Assembly: GCA_005239795.1 (NCBI GenBank)
Contig: SBBH01000113.1
Location: 1-35,579, forward strand
Length of the DNA stretch: 35,579 bases
Reading direction: 5' to 3'
From: Planctomycetales bacterium
GTDB lineage: Bacteria > Planctomycetota > SBBH01
This document shows, one piece after another, positions 15,947 to 24,511 of the stretch. The position numbers and the translations under genes are program-made. The stretch's first letter is position 1; the number at the start of each line of letters is the position of its first letter. The notes beneath the pieces are model-generated. The model was not told where the DNA came from. It saw nothing but the letters and a program-made list of their open reading frames with translations, and searched no databases.

Positions 15947-16489
15947 ATGGCTCAAGAGATGCGGTTACCGGACGAATCTGAAATCGCGTACTTAAAGTCC
16001 ATTGTTGATGAGTCGGGCGACCCTTTCCTCCGGCTGGCTCTGGCTTCCTTCATGGCGGGAGACGCCAGGATCGTCGAACTCAAGAAAGCGGCCGAGAATT
16101 CTCCGGACAATCTACGCATTCACCTTGCCATCGCCGAAGCGATCCTCAGGGACCCGTCCCGGGATGTTGAATTCACCGAAGCGATCCAAGAGGCCAGGCG
16201 CATCGACCCGACAAACGCCTACCCGGACTATCTCGAAGCGATGCGTCTGGCCGGCGGGGGCAACCCGGAAGAAGCAATGCAGGCAATCGCGACCGCTGTA
16301 GAAAAAGGGCACTTCGACCCTTTGCGAGGAACTGATCTGGCGGCGAGGGAAGAACTCTTGATGCTCGGAGGATATTCCGAAGGGCCGCGCTTGGCGATTA
16401 CCTTCTTGGGTCTGCTGTTTCCTGTAGACCCGCGGCGCCTTCCCGAGGCTCTTTGGGATCACGCCAGCCAGCTTGTCCAAACCGGCTAG
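15947..16489 (+). CDS. Hypothetical helical-repeat protein in the position usually held by an anti-sigma partner; low-GC composition
   Basis: 180-aa ORF starting 8 nt after the sigma gene. No TM or zinc anti-sigma motif seen. Ends at a TAG that is in frame with the following ORF. Confidence 0.55.
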   Translation: MAQEMRLPDESEIAYLKSIVDESGDPFLRLALASFMAGDARIVELKKAAENSPDNLRIHLAIAEAILRDPSRDVEFTEAIQEARRIDPTNAYPDYLEAMRLAGGGNPEEAMQAIATAVEKGHFDPLRGTDLAAREELLMLGGYSEGPRLAITFLGLLFPVDPRRLPEALWDHASQLVQTG

Positions 16490-16582
16490 GTTGATGCGGC
16501 TGAGACGATCTACAAAAATCTTGATGCTCTCGGCTGGCAAGAGCAATCGGCTTCCCGATGCCTTGCCGAGGAACACCTGTCG

Positions 16583-16831
16583 ATGGCTGGACGTTCCAAA
16601 TCCCTCGATTATCTTGCCAAGTTGCAAGAAAACACTGGACACCCTGAGGAAGCACTCAAAACGCGTCGCGCCTTGGAAAAACTCAACGAACGGAAAATCC
16701 TCCTCTCAAAAATGGTCCGACAACAAGACGAAAAGCAAATCCTGAAAAGTGAGAAAGCGATGGCGCGCTATTTTCGCAACGTCCTTCTGGCCGGGGAGGT
16801 GTACGCCACGAAAATGACCCAGGCCAAGTGA
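16583..16831 (+). CDS. Hypothetical protein, or the C-terminal part of 15947..16489 (same frame, open from 16490)
   Basis: The frame is open from the TAG at 16487-89 (VDAAETIYKNLDALGWQEQSASRCLAEEHLS-M..). The first ATG is 16583. Low GC like the upstream ORF. Confidence 0.4.
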   Translation: MAGRSKSLDYLAKLQENTGHPEEALKTRRALEKLNERKILLSKMVRQQDEKQILKSEKAMARYFRNVLLAGEVYATKMTQAK

Positions 16832-18004
16832 TCAGGAGAGCGCGATCTGCGCCAGGACGGCCGGCCCCAGGGCGAGCGCCTGTTCGTCGAGCTGGAAGCG
16901 GGGCGAGTGGCAAGGCTCGGTGATGCCGGCCGCGGGATTCCCCACCCCCAGGAAGGCGAACGCCCCCGGCACCTTCTGCAGGTAGTAGGCGAAATCCTCG
17001 CCGTACATCGTCGGATCGCACTCCACGAAACGAAGAAGAGGGGAGGCGTCTCCTGCCCCAAGCGCCTCGCAGGCGGCCCTGATGCGTGCCACACCGGAAG
17101 CATGGTTCACAAGAGGCGGATACCCCGCCTGGTAGACGACGCGCGCGGAGGTGCCGCTCGCGGAGGCGATCATCTCTGACATCTGCCGGAGCCATGTCGG
17201 AACCTTTTGGGCCGTCTCCGGCCGCATCGTGCGCACGGTCCCGGCGAGCTCCGCGCGGGCGGGGATGGCGTTAAAGGTGTCCCCGGCCCGGACCCGGCAG
17301 ACCGAAAGCACGATCGGATCGACGGGGCTTGCTCGGCGCGAGGGGATCGTCTGAAGCGCACTGATCAAGCTCGCCGCAACCGGGATCGGGTCGACCGCGG
17401 TATGCGGCATCGACCCGTGCCCCCCCTTCCCTTCGATGGTGATGTCGAACCGGTCCGACTGCGCGAGCATCGGCCCCACGCGGCTTCCCACGACCCCCAC
17501 GGGGGCGCGGGGCTCCACGTGCAGGCCGTAGATCTCGGCGACCCCCTCGAGCACCCCCGCCTGGATGAGCTCGGGCGCCCCCCCGGGAGGTTTTTCCTCG
17601 GACGGCTGGAAGAGAAAACGCACGTTTTTCTTCAAGGCGCTTTTGCGCTCGACCAGGATCCGCGCGGCCGCCGCGAGCATCGCCATGTGGGCGTCGTGCC
17701 CGCAGACATGGGCCGCGCCCGGGGTGCTTGAGGCGTAGTCGAGGCCGCTTTCCTCCTGGATCGGCAGAGCGTCCATGTCGGCGCGGAGCGCCACGAACGG
17801 AGCTTTCGGGTCGACCACGAGATCCGCCAGGATCCCGGTCCCGGCGACCCCCTTTCGGATCGAAAGCCCCAGCGGCGTGAGAGCCGCGAGGATCTTCTCG
17901 GCCGTCTTCTTTTCCTCGAAGGCCAGCTCCGGCTCCCGGTGGATGGCCCGGCGCAGCGCGACCGTCTCGCCATGGACCGCCCGCGCCGCGGCCAGGAGGT
18001 TCAT
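16832..18004 (-). CDS. M20-family amidohydrolase (N-acyl-amino acid amidohydrolase/hippurate hydrolase-like)
   Basis: LRRAIHREPELAFEE, ADMDALPIQE, HVCGHDAHMAML, ITIEGKGGHGSMPH. The ORF-track TTG 18106 is trimmed to ATG 18004 because the extension is encoded by GC palindromes. Confidence 0.85.
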   Translation of the reverse strand: MNLLAAARAVHGETVALRRAIHREPELAFEEKKTAEKILAALTPLGLSIRKGVAGTGILADLVVDPKAPFVALRADMDALPIQEESGLDYASSTPGAAHVCGHDAHMAMLAAAARILVERKSALKKNVRFLFQPSEEKPPGGAPELIQAGVLEGVAEIYGLHVEPRAPVGVVGSRVGPMLAQSDRFDITIEGKGGHGSMPHTAVDPIPVAASLISALQTIPSRRASPVDPIVLSVCRVRAGDTFNAIPARAELAGTVRTMRPETAQKVPTWLRQMSEMIASASGTSARVVYQAGYPPLVNHASGVARIRAACEALGAGDASPLLRFVECDPTMYGEDFAYYLQKVPGAFAFLGVGNPAAGITEPCHSPRFQLDEQALALGPAVLAQIALS

Positions 18005-18023
18005 CCGAACACCCCCACCCCAA

Positions 18024-18101
18024 CCCTCCCCCATCGAGGGGGAGGGAGCAGACTCCTGACGGATTCCCTCCCCCCTTGCGGGGGAGGGAAAGGGAGGGGG
18101 G
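18024..18101. repeat. Twin GC palindromes CCCTCCCCC-N4/5-GGGGGAGGG (18024-46 and 18066-88) plus a G-quadruplex motif (18080-18101, plus strand)
   Basis: Read directly: CCCTCCCCCATCGAGGGGGAGGG and CCCTCCCCCCTTGCGGGGGAGGG. The G-run string is GGGGGAGGGAAAGGGAGGGGGG. Confidence 0.8.
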
Positions 18102-18113
18102 AACAAGTAACGT

Positions 18114-18692
18114 TCACAATCGTCCCTCCAAGAAATTCGCCAGGATCTTCTTCCCCTCTGGCGTCATGAACGACTCCGGATGGAACTGCACCCCCCAAAC
18201 CGGGAGGGTCTTGTGGCGCATCCCCATGATGACACGCGCCCCGGAGGGTTCTTCTGCCCAGGCGGTCACCTCAAGACAGTCCGGCAGGGTCGCTTCGTCC
18301 ACGGCCAGGGAATGATACCGCGCGGCCTCGAACGGGTCAGGAAGGGACCTGAAAATCCCCCCCCCGTCGTGGCGCACAGGGCTCGTCTTGCCGTGCATGA
18401 GGCGCGGGGCGTGAACCCAACGCCCTCCGAAGGCGACGGCGATCGCCTGATGCCCCAAACAGACCCCCAGGATTGGCACCTTTCCCGCCAGCTCCCGGAC
18501 AAGCGGGATCGAGATCCCGGCCCGCTCCGGCGTTCCAGGCCCTGGGGAGATCACAAGATGCGTCGGTTTTTTGGCCGCGATCCCATCGCCGGTCGCGGCG
18601 TCGTTCCGGACCACGTCGACCGAGGCCCCGAGTTCTTCCAGGTATTGAAGAAGGTTGTAGGTGAATGAGTCGTAGTTGTCGATCAGAACCAC
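18114..18692 (-). CDS. trpG: Glutamine amidotransferase of anthranilate/aminodeoxychorismate synthase (TrpG/PabA type)
   Basis: [20 protein letters not shown] (catalytic Cys), GVQFHPES. The start is uncertain. GTG 18692 gives the canonical [11 protein letters not shown]-terminus. ORF-track ATG 18749 adds 19 aa encoded by a heptad array. Confidence 0.85.
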   Translation of the reverse strand: MVLIDNYDSFTYNLLQYLEELGASVDVVRNDAATGDGIAAKKPTHLVISPGPGTPERAGISIPLVRELAGKVPILGVCLGHQAIAVAFGGRWVHAPRLMHGKTSPVRHDGGGIFRSLPDPFEAARYHSLAVDEATLPDCLEVTAWAEEPSGARVIMGMRHKTLPVWGVQFHPESFMTPEGKKILANFLEGRL

Positions 18693-18698
18693 ACGAAA

Positions 18699-18782
18699 GT
18701 GCTGAGTGCTCAGTGCTGAGTGCTGAGTGGTGCGAGACAGAGAAGACATCAGACTCAGGACTTAGGACTCAGGACTCGAGAC
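18699..18782. repeat. Heptad array pair, 12 phased units: GTGCTGA-type x4 (18699-18726), 28-nt spacer, TCAGGAC-type x4 (18755-18782)
   Basis: Read directly. About 20/28 arm positions are complementary by eye. Spans the rlmN stop (18755-57) and the trpG 5' end. Confidence 0.8.
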
Positions 18783-19804
18783 TTTCTTAACCTCAACTGT
18801 CCACACGCAGCGTCAATATCGGCTCCCTTTCGAACGCGCAGGGTGGTGACAATCCCGCCGGTGCGCAGGCGTGCCGCGAACGCTGAACAGCGCTCCCGCG
18901 GCGGCGTCCGGTAGGGAGTTTCGGGAACCGGATTGAAGGGGATTAGGTTCACCTTGCAAGCCAGGCCGCTGACAAGATCGACGAGATCCGCGGCTTGGCT
19001 GAGGGAATCGTTCACGTCATTCAAGAGAATGTATTCAAAAGTCACCAAACGGCCGGTCCGTTTTTGGTATTTCTGGAGAGCCTCCATCAATACCGGAATC
19101 GGGTACTTCTTGTTGATCGGCATGAGGCGCGTCCTCAGCTCGTCGCGCGGGGCATGGAGCGACACGGAGAGGCGCAGTTGCCCTTCCATCTGGGCCATCT
19201 TGGCGATCCCCGGGACAATTCCCGACGTCGAGATCGTGATGCGTCGGGAAGAAAGCCCCCCTCCTTCCCCTTCGGGCGCGCACAGACGCTCGATCGCCCG
19301 CTGGACGTTCTCCACATTGAGAAGCGGCTCCCCCATTCCCATGAAGACCACGTTCGTGATCGGGGCGTCGGTCACCCCCTTCAGGGCCAAAAATTGGTCG
19401 AGGATCTCGGCCGTCGTGAGGTTGCGCTCCAGGCCATCGAGCCCCGACGCACAGAACCCGCAAGCGATGGGGCATCCCACCTGCGTGGAAAGGCAGACGG
19501 TGCGCCGCCCATCCTCAGCGGGGATCAGCACGCACTCGACGAACTTCCCGTCGGAGAGTTCCAGGAGATATTTCTGCGTCGCGTCTTTCGATTTCGGCGA
19601 TTCGACCACGCGGGACCCGAGGACCGGATATTGGGCCGCGAGCCGCCCCCGCAGATCCTTGGGAAGGTCGGTCATCGCGTCATAGGAAAGCGCCCCCTTC
19701 TGCCAAACCCAGGCCATGACTTGGCGAGCGCGGAAGGGGGGGAGACCGACCGATTGGAAGGCAGATTCCAATTCCGAAAGCGTAAATTCCGCTAGTGCCT
19801 TCAC
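18755..19804 (-). CDS. rlmN: 23S rRNA/tRNA adenine-C2 methyltransferase RlmN (radical SAM)
   Basis: [25 protein letters not shown] (CxxxCxxC), [18 protein letters not shown]. The start is uncertain: GTG 19804 ([13 protein letters not shown]) or ORF-track TTG 19831. Confidence 0.9.
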   Translation of the reverse strand: MKALAEFTLSELESAFQSVGLPPFRARQVMAWVWQKGALSYDAMTDLPKDLRGRLAAQYPVLGSRVVESPKSKDATQKYLLELSDGKFVECVLIPAEDGRRTVCLSTQVGCPIACGFCASGLDGLERNLTTAEILDQFLALKGVTDAPITNVVFMGMGEPLLNVENVQRAIERLCAPEGEGGGLSSRRITISTSGIVPGIAKMAQMEGQLRLSVSLHAPRDELRTRLMPINKKYPIPVLMEALQKYQKRTGRLVTFEYILLNDVNDSLSQAADLVDLVSGLACKVNLIPFNPVPETPYRTPPRERCSAFAARLRTGGIVTTLRVRKGADIDAACGQLRLRKSRVLSPKS

Positions 19805-19813
19805 GCGAAAACT

Positions 19814-19976
19814 CCAAACGCCAAACAGCAAACACCAAACAAACGCCCAACAACCAAACGCCCAAAAAACAAACCGACGCCAGACATGTTTAGGCCTTCT
19901 CTCTTCCGGTTTTGTTTTGCGTTTGTCGTTTTTCCGTTCGTTTGGCTCTTGTCTTTTCGGTGTTTTACGTTTCGCC
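19814..19976. repeat. Long heptad array pair: A/C-rich CCAAACR-type (19814-19876), spacer, G/T-rich YGTTTKG-type (19907-19976)
   Basis: Read directly: CCAAACG CCAAACA GCAAACA CCAAACA AACGCCC AACAACC AAACGCC.. and CGGTTTT GTTTTGC GTTTGTC GTTTTTC CGTTCGT TTGGCTC... Fills the thiolase-rlmN spacer. Confidence 0.75.
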
Positions 19977-19978
19977 CC

Positions 19979-21166
19979 TTATGGGGCGCGGAAGCTCATC
20001 GCAATCCCAAGACCCCCTGAAACGCACAAAGTGGCCAATCCCAGTTTCGCCTGGCGCTTTTGCATCTCGTACAAAAGCGTCACCACGACGCGCGCGCCCG
20101 TGCAACCGATCGGATGCCCCAGCGCGATCGCGCCGCCATTCACGTTCAGACGTTCTCGGGGAAGTTTCAGTTCTCGGTCGCACGCCAGGACCTGGGCCGC
20201 AAACGCCTCGTTGAGCTCAATCAAGTCATAATCGTCGACCTTGCGGCCGAGCTTTTCCATGAGCTTGCGGACCGCGGGAACCGGCCCGATCCCCATGATC
20301 GAGGGGTCCACGCCGACCGTCACCCAGTCCTCGATGCAAGCGAGAATCGGAAGCCCCTTCTTTTGGGCCTTCTCCTCGCAGACCACAAGAAGCGCCGCCC
20401 CCCCATCGGTGATGCCGCTTGAGTTCCCCGGGTGGATCGTGCCGCCGGTCTTCCGGAAGACCGGCTCGAGCTTGGCCATGTCGGCCATTGTCACGCCATC
20501 CCGCGGGTGTTCGTCGAGCGCGGCGCGGACCGTCTTCCCCTTCAGAGCGACGTCAACAGGGACAATCTCATCGGCGAATTTCCCCGCCTTACGCGCGGCC
20601 TCGCAGCGCCTCTGCGTCTCGACCGCATAGGTGTCCTGCTCCTCGCGCGGGATCTTGTACTGCTCGACGAGGTTCTCCGCCGTCTGGCCCATGATGAGTC
20701 CGGACAGGGGGCATAAGAAACCGTCGCGGTACATCGCGTCGACGATCGACGAGTCCCCCAGCCGGTATCCGGTGCGGGCGCGGTCGAGAAGAAATGGCAC
20801 GCGCGTCATGCTTTCCATGCCGCCGGCCACGGCCGCGTGGGCGCGCCCCAGCTGAATTTCCTGCGCCGCCAGGGCCACCGCCTGTAGGCCCGAGGCGCAC
20901 GCCTGGTTCACGGTAACAGCGGGAACCTCAAAGGGAAGGCCCCCTTTGGCCGCCGCCTGGCGGGCGGGGTTGGGGCCGCACCCGGCCTGGCGCGCGTGGC
21001 CGAAGACCGCCAGATCCACGGACGAGGGTTTCGTGCCGGTGGCCGAGAGAACCGCGCGCAAGGCCGCCGCCCCTAACTCCACGGCCGGGACCTGGGCGAA
21101 CTGCCCCAGGAACTTTCCGATCGCCGTACGCTTCGCGGCGACGATGACCGGTTTTTCAAGAGTCAT
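19979..21166 (-). CDS. Acetyl-CoA C-acetyltransferase (thiolase II)
   Basis: [22 protein letters not shown] (active-site Cys), [27 protein letters not shown]. The ORF-track TTG 21301 is trimmed to ATG 21166 (MTLEKPV..). Confidence 0.9.
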   Translation of the reverse strand: MTLEKPVIVAAKRTAIGKFLGQFAQVPAVELGAAALRAVLSATGTKPSSVDLAVFGHARQAGCGPNPARQAAAKGGLPFEVPAVTVNQACASGLQAVALAAQEIQLGRAHAAVAGGMESMTRVPFLLDRARTGYRLGDSSIVDAMYRDGFLCPLSGLIMGQTAENLVEQYKIPREEQDTYAVETQRRCEAARKAGKFADEIVPVDVALKGKTVRAALDEHPRDGVTMADMAKLEPVFRKTGGTIHPGNSSGITDGGAALLVVCEEKAQKKGLPILACIEDWVTVGVDPSIMGIGPVPAVRKLMEKLGRKVDDYDLIELNEAFAAQVLACDRELKLPRERLNVNGGAIALGHPIGCTGARVVVTLLYEMQKRQAKLGLATLCVSGGLGIAMSFRAP

Positions 21167-21216
21167 TAGGGAAAGTATATCAGAGCGGAGTCTGACGCGC
21201 GCACAGCCATGACAGC

Positions 21217-21298
21217 GCGGCTCGTGATGCGTGGCTCGAAATTCATGGCTCGCCGGAGGCGGTCCTCCTGCGAACCACGAATTACGTTCCACGAACCA
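21217..21298. repeat. Heptad array pair: GYGGCTC/GTGATGC-type (21217-21251), spacer with apical GGAGG-CGGT-CCTCC hairpin, CGAACCA-type x4 (21271-21298)
   Basis: Read directly. About 21/28 positions are complementary. The arm motif is shared with the element inside the methyltransferase gene. Confidence 0.8.
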
Positions 21299-21309
21299 CA
21301 ATCAGGCTC

Positions 21310-21495
21310 TTATTTGATAGGGTGGATCACAGCCTTTGAGAGAATCTCCATCAGCCGCTCAAAGATCGGGTGCGCTTTCTCGGGCTGACCCTGGGCGTAG
21401 TAGCGGACGGCCGCCTCGTGAAGCGCTGAGGCCGTCGACATCACCATCGTGTCCGGACCGCGCGAACCGGGGACGCGGGAATCGCTTTCATTCAT
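21310..21495 (-). CDS. Small hypothetical protein (weak call)
   Basis: ORF 21310..21534 (TTG). ATG 21495 (MNESDS..) or the later MVMSTAS are possible starts. C-terminal ALHEAAVRYYAQGQPEKAHPIFERLMEIL looks like a single TPR-like hairpin. No SD seen. Confidence 0.3.
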   Translation of the reverse strand: MNESDSRVPGSRGPDTMVMSTASALHEAAVRYYAQGQPEKAHPIFERLMEILSKAVIHPIK

Positions 21496-21537
21496 CCTCG
21501 GTATAACCGGGAAGGCCGGAGAAGGTTCCCTCAAAAA

Positions 21538-24075
21538 TCAATGACCGCGGGCATCGGACGTGGCAGAGGAAGGCGCCAGGGGAATAATGGGAATCCGCCA
21601 AAAACGACGCTCGCCGCCGACTTCCTGGACCGTGACCGAGGCCCCCTCGCGCAAGGTCGCCAGCGGGAACCGATGTAACACAAGCGCCTTGGCGCCAGGG
21701 GGAACCACGCCGAACTGGATCATCCGATCCTGTTCCCCGGGAAGAGAGAGGAGGCTCGCCAAGACGAGGGGCTCCAAGGAGCTTGAAACCACCTCATGCA
21801 TCAGTTCTGCCAATCCTGCCTCCCCGACTTCCGGGGTGATCAGGGTGTAGCGCGCCGAAAATCCCTGCGCCGCCAGCGAGAGGCTGTGGCTCCAGCGGAG
21901 AACCCTCTCACGCCCGCGGTCGTGAAGCCGGAAGACCACCTCGGCCGGGTGCACGTGCGCCTCGCCTTCCAACTTGGCGCTGGGCGTCACCTGGAAGCGG
22001 CCGATCCATTTTTCCTTAGGGAGGGCCGAGAAGATCCTCTCCGATTCCTCGATGCGCCACCCCGGCCCCAGGTCCACCGTCAGGATCCCCTGCATAGGAT
22101 TCGTGAAGTGGTTGACGAATTCCAAGGTCAGCGGAAAAACCTCCTCGCTCGCCGGGATCTTGTCCGGGAGCATCTTGATCGAAAGAATCGTGCGGACCAC
22201 CTCGATATCGACCCCCTGGATATAGATCGGGACCGGCGGCACGTGGAAAACGCTCCCGCCGCGCATGGCCTCCACGGGAACACGGTTTCCCATGATGTCC
22301 TCGGCAACGACGTCAGCTCCCAGGTTGGTCCGCCAGGTCGCTACAGCGTCGGACTTCGACCAGACAACGACAACGAGCTTGCCGTCGCGCTCGAAGACGC
22401 GGCCGTCGACCCCCAAGGGCAGGGTCGGGTGTGCCTCGCGCCAGGGGCGGGCCCCCGCCAGGCGCGACTGCCACTGGTGCCAGCAGGCCAAAAACGGCGT
22501 CGGCGCTCCTAGAGCGTCCCAGCATCCGCCGGGCCCTATCCTGTCGATCGCCATCTGCTCCACGCCCCAGTGCTTGAGATCGGCGCAGGTCCGTATGAAA
22601 TCGGAAACCTCTCTTGCGCACCCTTCCTGCGAGACGGGATCCCCTGGCATCCCCCGCACCTTCACCAGTCGCTTGGAGCGTGAGTCGCCGAGCGCCATCG
22701 CCTCTTCCGGCCCAAGGCACCAGAAGTCGACCCCCTCTGGAAGGAACGGAAAGAATGTCCCGACGCGGACCTTGTCCCCCCCCTGAAAGGGGATCAACCC
22801 AGAGAGCATGCGGGGCAATTCCCGCCAGCGCAGGTCACGATGATCCACGCCGCGTTTCTCGTCGATAAGCCAGACATCGACCCAGCGGGAGGTTCGCGCA
22901 AAGAGACTGTCTGCGCGGGGATCCGCCCGCTCGAGCCACGCCAAGATCGACGACACCCCCACAGGCGGGCGCACGACGCCAAACGTCTCAATATGGAAAA
23001 GCTTCATCCATTTTAGAAAAGCCATGAGAGGCGAGACCTCCCCATCATCGTGCGCAAGCTGGACCATCACGAACGCAGGTCCCAAGCGCGCGATCTGGTC
23101 GCCCGCCCCGTCCCCGACGGGCCGGCCGCAATCGATCCCGAATCCTTCATGAGGGGTGTCATCAGGATTGAGGATCACAAAGGAAGCCCGCCTCTCAATG
23201 AGCGGCTTCCCTTCATGGGAAAAGTGCACCTTCCAGAAAAACCAGCCGGTGCTCAAATTTTCCGGGCGCCAGACCCGCTCGATCTCTCCGCTAACGGGGG
23301 ACTGGACGAGGGAGTCCCTGGCCACGACGCGCCCCTGGAAATCCCACACCTCCTGCTCGACCTTATAGGCGCCTGAGGGAAGCCCCCAGTAACGCACCGT
23401 AAAAACGGGCGGGTTCCCTCCCCTCCAGAACGTGCCGTCCCGAGCCCCGGTGTTGAACTCGGAGCGGGGCCTTCGAAAAAAACGCATCCCGTCGAAAGCG
23501 ACGCGCCCCTCGATGGAGGGCCCCAGCCCTTCGATCGGCGTCTGAACGATCTCGAGGCGGATCCGCGCAAAGCGCGTCCCGCGGGGGATCTCGTGGATCT
23601 CGACAGAAAACGAGCGCGCGCCTTCCCTGACGTCTCGGTATACGGAAACGGTGGATAAAACCTGCCGGTCTCCGTCCAACCATTCAATGACCACGCGCGC
23701 CTCGCCCCCGCGCGAGCGGATGCCAGCGAGCTCTAGACATCCTTCCAATAAATAGGAAAAAGAGGAATCGACCTCGACGGGGTTGCGCATCTGAAGTCCG
23801 ACGTTGGTGCCGTTGGCGACGAGCACGGCCTGGCGTTCTCCCATGACGCCTTTCTCCAGATTCACCACGCCGTAGTGCATGTAGCCGGCATCCCTGTCCT
23901 GAAACTGCAGCCATCGGTCGGGCTTCTTGTCCAGATCCTCGTCCTGCTCGAAAGAGCCATCCTGCCCCTCCTGGGCCAGGAGGTCTTCCCAGAGCCGCGC
24001 CTCGCCGGCCCATGATTCGAGAGGCCACAAGAGAACAAAGCAGACGAGCGCCGCCGCGCGGAGGATGGAGTTCAT
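21538..24075 (-). CDS. Large secreted protein of unknown function (N-terminal beta-sandwich/CBM-like region)
   Basis: Signal peptide MNSILRAAALVCFVLLWPLESWA from ATG 24075, with AAGGA 6 nt upstream. ATG 24087 and 24111 are alternatives, and ORF-track 24258 is an extension. No catalytic motif recognised. Confidence 0.7.
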   Translation of the reverse strand: MNSILRAAALVCFVLLWPLESWAGEARLWEDLLAQEGQDGSFEQDEDLDKKPDRWLQFQDRDAGYMHYGVVNLEKGVMGERQAVLVANGTNVGLQMRNPVEVDSSFSYLLEGCLELAGIRSRGGEARVVIEWLDGDRQVLSTVSVYRDVREGARSFSVEIHEIPRGTRFARIRLEIVQTPIEGLGPSIEGRVAFDGMRFFRRPRSEFNTGARDGTFWRGGNPPVFTVRYWGLPSGAYKVEQEVWDFQGRVVARDSLVQSPVSGEIERVWRPENLSTGWFFWKVHFSHEGKPLIERRASFVILNPDDTPHEGFGIDCGRPVGDGAGDQIARLGPAFVMVQLAHDDGEVSPLMAFLKWMKLFHIETFGVVRPPVGVSSILAWLERADPRADSLFARTSRWVDVWLIDEKRGVDHRDLRWRELPRMLSGLIPFQGGDKVRVGTFFPFLPEGVDFWCLGPEEAMALGDSRSKRLVKVRGMPGDPVSQEGCAREVSDFIRTCADLKHWGVEQMAIDRIGPGGCWDALGAPTPFLACWHQWQSRLAGARPWREAHPTLPLGVDGRVFERDGKLVVVVWSKSDAVATWRTNLGADVVAEDIMGNRVPVEAMRGGSVFHVPPVPIYIQGVDIEVVRTILSIKMLPDKIPASEEVFPLTLEFVNHFTNPMQGILTVDLGPGWRIEESERIFSALPKEKWIGRFQVTPSAKLEGEAHVHPAEVVFRLHDRGRERVLRWSHSLSLAAQGFSARYTLITPEVGEAGLAELMHEVVSSSLEPLVLASLLSLPGEQDRMIQFGVVPPGAKALVLHRFPLATLREGASVTVQEVGGERRFWRIPIIPLAPSSATSDARGH

Positions 24076-24100
24076 CACATCCTTCATATCGACAGGGAAC

Positions 24101-24149
24101 TCATGAGTCATGAGAAATGAGTGACGAATCTCGATCGACGAACGACGTC
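24101..24149. repeat. Degenerate phased heptad tract (TCATGAG TCATGAG AAATGAG TGACGAA TCTCGAT CGACGAA CGACGTC)
   Basis: Read directly. Lies in the spacer between the 118-aa ORF and the large secreted protein gene. Confidence 0.5.
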
Positions 24150-24151
24150 CG

Positions 24152-24508
24152 TTATGCGGAGACATCCAGAGACAGTCCCAGATCAGGGATCGTCTGCGTC
24201 CAGCGCGAGCGGGGAACGACCCGGAGCTTGCGCCGTTTGCCGCGCAGGTCGGGTTCATGGTCCGCGCGATTGGCCAGGGGCGTACGCGAGCGCTCGGCCA
24301 CCAGGATCGGTAGATCCGGCCGCGACGTCACAAGCGACGCCAGGGACCGATCGGGCTCCGGCGTGGCGGGGGACTCCTGCCTCATCTGTCGAGCAAGGGC
24401 CTGCGGGGCTAGCGCCGCCTCAGCGTCCGGAGCCGGCAGGGCCGACGAAACAGCCGTGGCGGCCAGAAGAGGCTCGCGCAGGGCAGAGACCTGCATCTCG
24501 CCGGACAT
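24152..24508 (-). CDS. Hypothetical 118-aa protein
   Basis: Strong GC3 bias in this frame. ATG lies 3 nt after the upstream stop. No recognisable motif, and it does not resemble FliS. Confidence 0.45.
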   Translation of the reverse strand: MSGEMQVSALREPLLAATAVSSALPAPDAEAALAPQALARQMRQESPATPEPDRSLASLVTSRPDLPILVAERSRTPLANRADHEPDLRGKRRKLRVVPRSRWTQTIPDLGLSLDVSA

Positions 24509-24511
24509 GGA

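Noticed and set aside
16473-16745. Alternative-frame ORF 16473..16745 overlapping the low-GC genes
   Set aside because: It overlaps the frame that continues the upstream ORF. The translation is basic and low-complexity, with no support.
14052-16831. tRNA-linked genomic island or prophage remnant
   Set aside because: No integrase or transposase, and I found no duplicate of the tRNA 3' end that could be an att site. Only the 15947-16831 patch is compositionally odd.
16829-16834. Convergent genes whose stop codons abut as TGATCA with no spacer
   Set aside because: Just tight packing. No structure or terminator can be inferred from 6 nt.
19979-19981. Other neighbouring ORF pairs in the same frame, separated by one stop (thiolase/rlmN at 19979; FliD-like/118-aa ORF at 24512; 845-aa protein/74-aa ORF at 21538), as evidence for systematic readthrough
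   Set aside because: Each downstream gene has its own plausible start. A shared frame is expected by chance in one of three junctions, and open frames are common in GC-rich or low-complexity spacers.
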